Shown: positions 59,459-64,000 of the stretch, piece by piece
How the letters are laid out: every line of letters begins with the position of its first letter
Numbering within the stretch: the first letter of the stretch is position 1
Source of the DNA: Rhynchopus sp. YZ270_cl-10
Taxonomy: Eukaryota
Direction: 5' to 3'
Assembly: GCA_964035575.1 (NCBI GenBank)
Contig: OZ037839.1
Location: forward strand, 930,001 to 994,000
Length of the DNA: 64,000 nt
Position numbers and translations under genes: made by a program
The notes under the pieces: model-generated
What the model was told of the DNA's origin: nothing
Databases searched by the model: none
Seen by the model: only the letters and a program-made list of their open reading frames with translations

Positions 59459-62400
59459 ATGCCAGAAATGAGTGCCGCAGATGTGCAGTCTTTGTTGGAA
59501 TGTCCCGATCGCAGTCGTCATATGTATGTCCTCGGGTTTCCTGGGTGTACTGCAGCAGTGGCGTAACAGTGGTCCAAAAATATGTTGGCGGCCAAATAGG
59601 TTTGGCGGATTTTGGAGATTTTTGGGTACTCGGGGAGGGGGGGTTCGATGGCATGGCAGCAGACGAACTGCCCTCCAGTTGGGTTAGGGTGGTGTGGTGT
59701 TCTGCTTTGCTTCTCTCTTACCTTAAGAATTCCACATACACCCCCTTCCCCTTCCCTTGCTTGGCAGTTGTTTCCTGGGCGATGTTGGCCACGGACGGAG
59801 CACCCTTGCCAAATGCCTTGCCGCAGAATATTCAATTACGGAGCCACGTGGTCGTATAATTGACCGTCGCTGTGACTCGCGAGACGTATGCTGCTCAAAA
59901 AGAAAATAAATAATAAAAAAAAAAAAGTTGCGGACCCCGATCTACTGCTCAATGCACCAAAAAGTACGCTGTCACCCTCTCAACGCAATGCCTTTTTCCG
60001 GCAAAAAAGCATAACAAAAGCCAACAGAGAGAACCCAATCAATTTTATTGTTGAAAACCGCTTGTCCTCATCACCCACCCCACCCCCACCCCCTCAGCGC
60101 TACGACCAGCCGTCACCCAGCGTCGGTCTGCATTACGATGATGGGGAGGGGTTCTTGGTTAATGTGATTGGGTTGTGTGAGGAGGACGTGGCACATGGTG
60201 TGCACACCACGCTGCGCATATGCGACGGCGCTGTTATTGTCGTGAGCGTGGGTGATGGGGACAGCACCTCAAACCACACCCCCTCATGCGAAGCTGTCTC
60301 CACAGACAGGCTCCCAGGCGACGCCCTCCCCACACAGACCGCGACACTCCTGCGCAGTGCCCTCGCACTCCGCATCCGCCCCTTGCTTATGCTCAACAAA
60401 CTTGATGTCCCCCTCGCCTCTGGCACCCCTGAAGCCACCTACCAGCGCTGTCTTAGGACCATTGCCTCCACCAATGACGTCACCTCACTCTACAATGATG
60501 ATGCCCATACCGAACTCCATCCGTCCCTCGGTAACGTCGTTTTTGGGTCGGGTCTCGGGTCTTGGTCGTTTACGCTGAAAGATTTTGTGGGATTGTATTC
60601 TAAGAAATTGGAGATGAATGAAAGCAAACTTCTGAACCGGATTTGGGGGGATCATTTCTATGATGCTAAGACGAAGAGGTGGGGGGAGGATTCGGGGAGC
60701 GGGGAGAGGGGGTTTTGTCAGTTCTGTTTGGAGCCGTTGTGGGGGTTGGCGGAGGCGGTGTTGAATGGGAAGGAGGAGAAGCTGGCACGGATGCTGCGCA
60801 GTCTGAAGATCACTGTGAACAGGACACAACGTGACCTGACCCCGTCACGCCGTCTTCAAGCCATTCTCAAGAAACTGCTGCCTTCCAAACAGCTCCTCCA
60901 CGCTGTTGTCACTGCCCTCCCCTCCCCCCTTGAGGCTCAGACCTACCGCACACCCCTGCTCTACGACGACAGCACCATTGACATCCACGACCCCGGATAC
61001 CTCGGTGTCAGCCACTGCAGTCCCACCGCACCTCTCACCCTCTTCATCGCATCTGTTGTCCCATATGACGGACGTCTCTTCGCATTTGGCAGAGTATTTT
61101 CCGGAACAGTCTCCCGCGGGGAAAAGCTTCGCGCCGGAAGAGACCATATCAAGCAAGGAAGCATGGTGGCGGTGTTTGGAAAATGGCATCATCCGGTGGG
61201 GAGGTTGGTTTGTGGGAACCTTTGTGCATTGGATCTGAATGTGAAGGTGGGGGCAACGGTGTCGGATGGGGTGGTGTGTCCGTTGAAGAGCGATGTAGGG
61301 GGTGTCAGTGTGGTGCAGGCTGAGGTTGTGTGTGAGGTTCAGGATCTTCCACGTTTGGTTTATGCACTGAAGAAGGCGGCGAGTTGTGAACATACTGCCG
61401 ACATTGCAGTATCGGAAGCGGGTGTTCACATGGTTGCCGGTTCTACAGAAGATGCGGTACTTCACTGCCTGGCGCGTCTTCGCAGTGCAGACTACAAAGC
61501 ACCGTGCTTTACAGTCTCCGATATTTCCATCCGACTTCGCGAAACCATCACCGAAGCAAGCAACCGTCAATGCACCGCAATGTCACCCAACAGACACAAC
61601 GTATTGTACTGCAAAGGCTTTCCTCTACCAGACGCTGTCTGCACACAGATTGAAGAGGGGACATACAAAACACCGGTATGGTGCTTTGGGCCGGCCGGAG
61701 GGCCGAATGTTGTGGTCGATGTTACGAAGGGTGTGCAATATATGCAGGAGCTGAAAGACTCAGTTGGGGCGGCGTGGACGTGGCTGACGGGGGAGGGTGT
61801 GTTGTGTGGGGAGGTGATGAGAGGGGTGCGGGTGGACATCGAGCATGCGACGTTGCACGCAGATGCTATCCACCGTGGTGCAGGACAGATCATTCCCACC
61901 ATGCGGGGTGCAGCGCGTGCCTGCATTCTCACGGCAGCGCCGCGGTTGATGGTGCCGATCTTCCGTCTGGATGTGACCACCACACTCACATCAATCGACT
62001 CCGTCTACACAACTCTGCAACAACGAAGATGCACGGTCCTTGGAGAGAGCACCCGCGGTACTATGTTCAATGTATGAATCAAAGGGCTGAGGTTGGGGGT
62101 TTTTTGTATTTTTACTTTTTGGAGTGGGGTACACGTTACCAGTCTGTCTTTTCGTGGATAAAGTTTTCTTCAGTCGTCTCATGAAATGAAGGAGGAAATA
62201 CAAACAAAGCATTTTGAACAGACTTTGCGGTTCTGGGGACGAACCGCGCTGCAGAGCCACTCCTCACCAAACAGGTGTGCGTTTCACCACAAACCTTGGG
62301 GTTTTTGTGTGATGAGTGTTAAGTTTCTATTTCCCCCTTTTTTTTGATAAATAGTTAGAACAGCACTGCCACCTGTGCAAGATGCACTTTATAGAGCGAG

Positions 62401-62969
62401 TCTAGATATCTTTCTTTCTACCCTTCTCCCTGCAGGTCCGTGCACACCTTCCTGCAACAGAGTCCATCGGGCTTTCTGCGGAGCTTCGCAACAAAACTGG
62501 GGGACAGGTATGGCACGATCCAGGAGCGCAAATAATATATGTTGCTTTTTGTTTCAAATATCAGGCCCCCGGCAATAAGAAGCAGACAACCACGTACGGT
62601 GCACCTCCCCTTTTGCAGTTTAGAAGTTTACAGTCACTACATTCACTATTTCAGTGGGGGGAAAAGAAGAGCGGTAAAGCTTTTCATCAGCACTATCTGG
62701 CTTTGTGTACAGCCACCATTGTCTCCTGCACGCAGGAGGGTTTTTGCACTTTACACTTCTGTTTTTCCTCCTTTCCCCCTCCCCTCCCACAACCTGCTCC
62801 CTTGCTACAGGCGGTGCAGAGCAGTGTCTTTGATCATTGGGCGTTGTACCCGGGTGACCCGCTTGCTCTTGAGACACCGGCAGCGGACATGGTACGTCAG
62901 ATACGCGTGCGCAATGGCCTTCCAGAGACACTGGAAAGCTTCCACGACGCACGAACATGTGTGCTGTAG
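59459..62969 (+). CDS. Divergent eEF2 paralogue, copy 2; exons 59459-59523, 59768-59885, 60098-62071, 62436-62507, 62811-62969
   Basis: All four GT-AG introns splice in frame. eEF2-like motifs: TLRICDGAVIVV, NKLD, GNVVFGSGL, RLWGD-like RIWGDHF, AFGRVFSGTV, SPNRHN, HADAIHRGAGQIIP, VFDHW. Confidence 0.88.
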
Positions 62970-63059
62970 AGAGGGGGTGCACACAAGCCTTGCTGTTGGT
63001 CGTTGGGGTGGGGGTGGTTGCAGGCGTTCGGGTCCACTACTGCTCTGTATGGTGAGTTG

Positions 63060-63420
63060 CTGAGGCGAGCAGTGTCACTTCCATCGGGTAATTGTCTTTA
63101 TGGCGTCGAGTGGACAGTGCTTGACTTGCCTGGGTTGGAAGGGGTGGTGCCTGTTGGACATTGGTTGCTTTCGCACTGCAGCGTGTTGACACGACCGGAC
63201 GTATCTACGTGGTACGGTGTCAGAGGTTGGGAAAGGCTTCCTCAAGCTGCATCGCGTTGGAAATAATTGAATAGAATTGTCACTGTTTTGGCGGTGTTGG
63301 TGATATGCGGGAGTGGTGTCCTTCGTGCACAGGGTTGACGTCCCTCTATTGCCATCACTTCGCAGTGCCAGACGTATTGATAGCTGGTTCCTTTCGCACT
63401 GCACGACTAGCTTTGGAGAC
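63060..63420 (+). pseudogene. Degenerate LRR remnant (mirror of 42690-43040)
   Basis: Same fragments as the left-arm copy. Confidence 0.5.
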
Positions 63421-63626
63421 AACAGCCTCTCGGGCACACCGCTGACGCACCCTGGAAGCGAACAACAAACAATCTTAGTTTTTCTCCTCCCACTTTGCAG
63501 TCTTTTTAGCAAACAAAAATTAAAGAGTCTCTCGAGCATGTTGTCCCCCCATTTTGTTGTATCTTGCCTCCCTCCTCCTCCTTCTCAACACTCACCCCAC
63601 AACAGAGCAACACTTCACTCGAAACA

Positions 63627-63670
63627 ATGGAACTGTGTGTGCAGGGATATGATGAAAACAAATTCGTGAT
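63627..63670 (+). pseudogene. UBL-LRR copy G, truncated after ~14 codons
   Basis: Leader and ATGGAACTGTGTGTGCAGGGATATGATGAAAACAAATTCGTGAT present, then unrelated sequence. Confidence 0.8.
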
Positions 63671-64000
63671 AAAGGGTTAAAGAGGAGCCAAGTGCTCCGT
63701 GAGATTAGAGATTTGTGGAAAAATGAAGAATTGTTAGAAAACTCTGCCAAGTGGGTTCGTAGTGGGCAATGGAGAGGACAGAGATAGAGGGTGTGTGGAG
63801 TGGAGTGCATCCTCGGGTGTCTGCACACACAAAAAGGAACTAATAGAGGAAAAATGCTCGAGAGACTCGTTCCTCTTTGCTTGTTGCTCAAAAGACTATA
63901 AACGGGGGGGAATATCTATTTATTCGACTTTTTATACAGTAGTTTTATTTTGCGATAATTTCACGCTAATTTTCGATGCGAGTGCGGTTAATTTGCCGAG

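Noticed and set aside
1..64000. tRNA, rRNA, spliced-leader RNA genes or telomeric arrays
   Set aside because: None recognised by eye; tRNAscan-SE or Infernal would be needed to exclude them.

Overview
Eukaryotic, repeat-dense 64 kb window, most likely from a euglenozoan protist such as a diplonemid. This is inferred from GT-AG cis-introns, polypyrimidine-AG acceptors 20-30 nt upstream of start codons, and an MGCGAS acylation motif. Genes: seven copies of a ubiquitin-like (UBL) + BspA-type LRR gene (three intact, four damaged) with near-identical frameworks but hypervariable surface positions and different LRR module counts; two UBL + WD40 paralogues with the same conserved-frame/variable-patch pattern; two copies of a five-exon eEF2 paralogue with degenerate GTPase motifs but an intact diphthamide loop, in a ~4.6 kb inverted duplication; a secreted EGF + GH43-like hydrolase with a 4.7 kb TE-filled intron; a DEDDy 3'-5' exonuclease; an XK-like membrane protein; and a TPR-like hypothetical gene. 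Mobile DNA: an intact Crypton-like tyrosine-recombinase element with a lox/dif-like site and non-autonomous relatives; a poly(A) retroposon family with an unrecognised C-terminal domain; a 603 bp insertion with a 19 bp TSD and a possible HDV-like ribozyme; and many nested MITE/foldback elements. A 200-N gap lies at 48828-49027. The best candidate for an undescribed system is a diversifying repertoire of UBL-tagged recognition proteins clustered with a possible eEF2 decoy; this functional reading is inference. All coordinates and alignments were made by eye.
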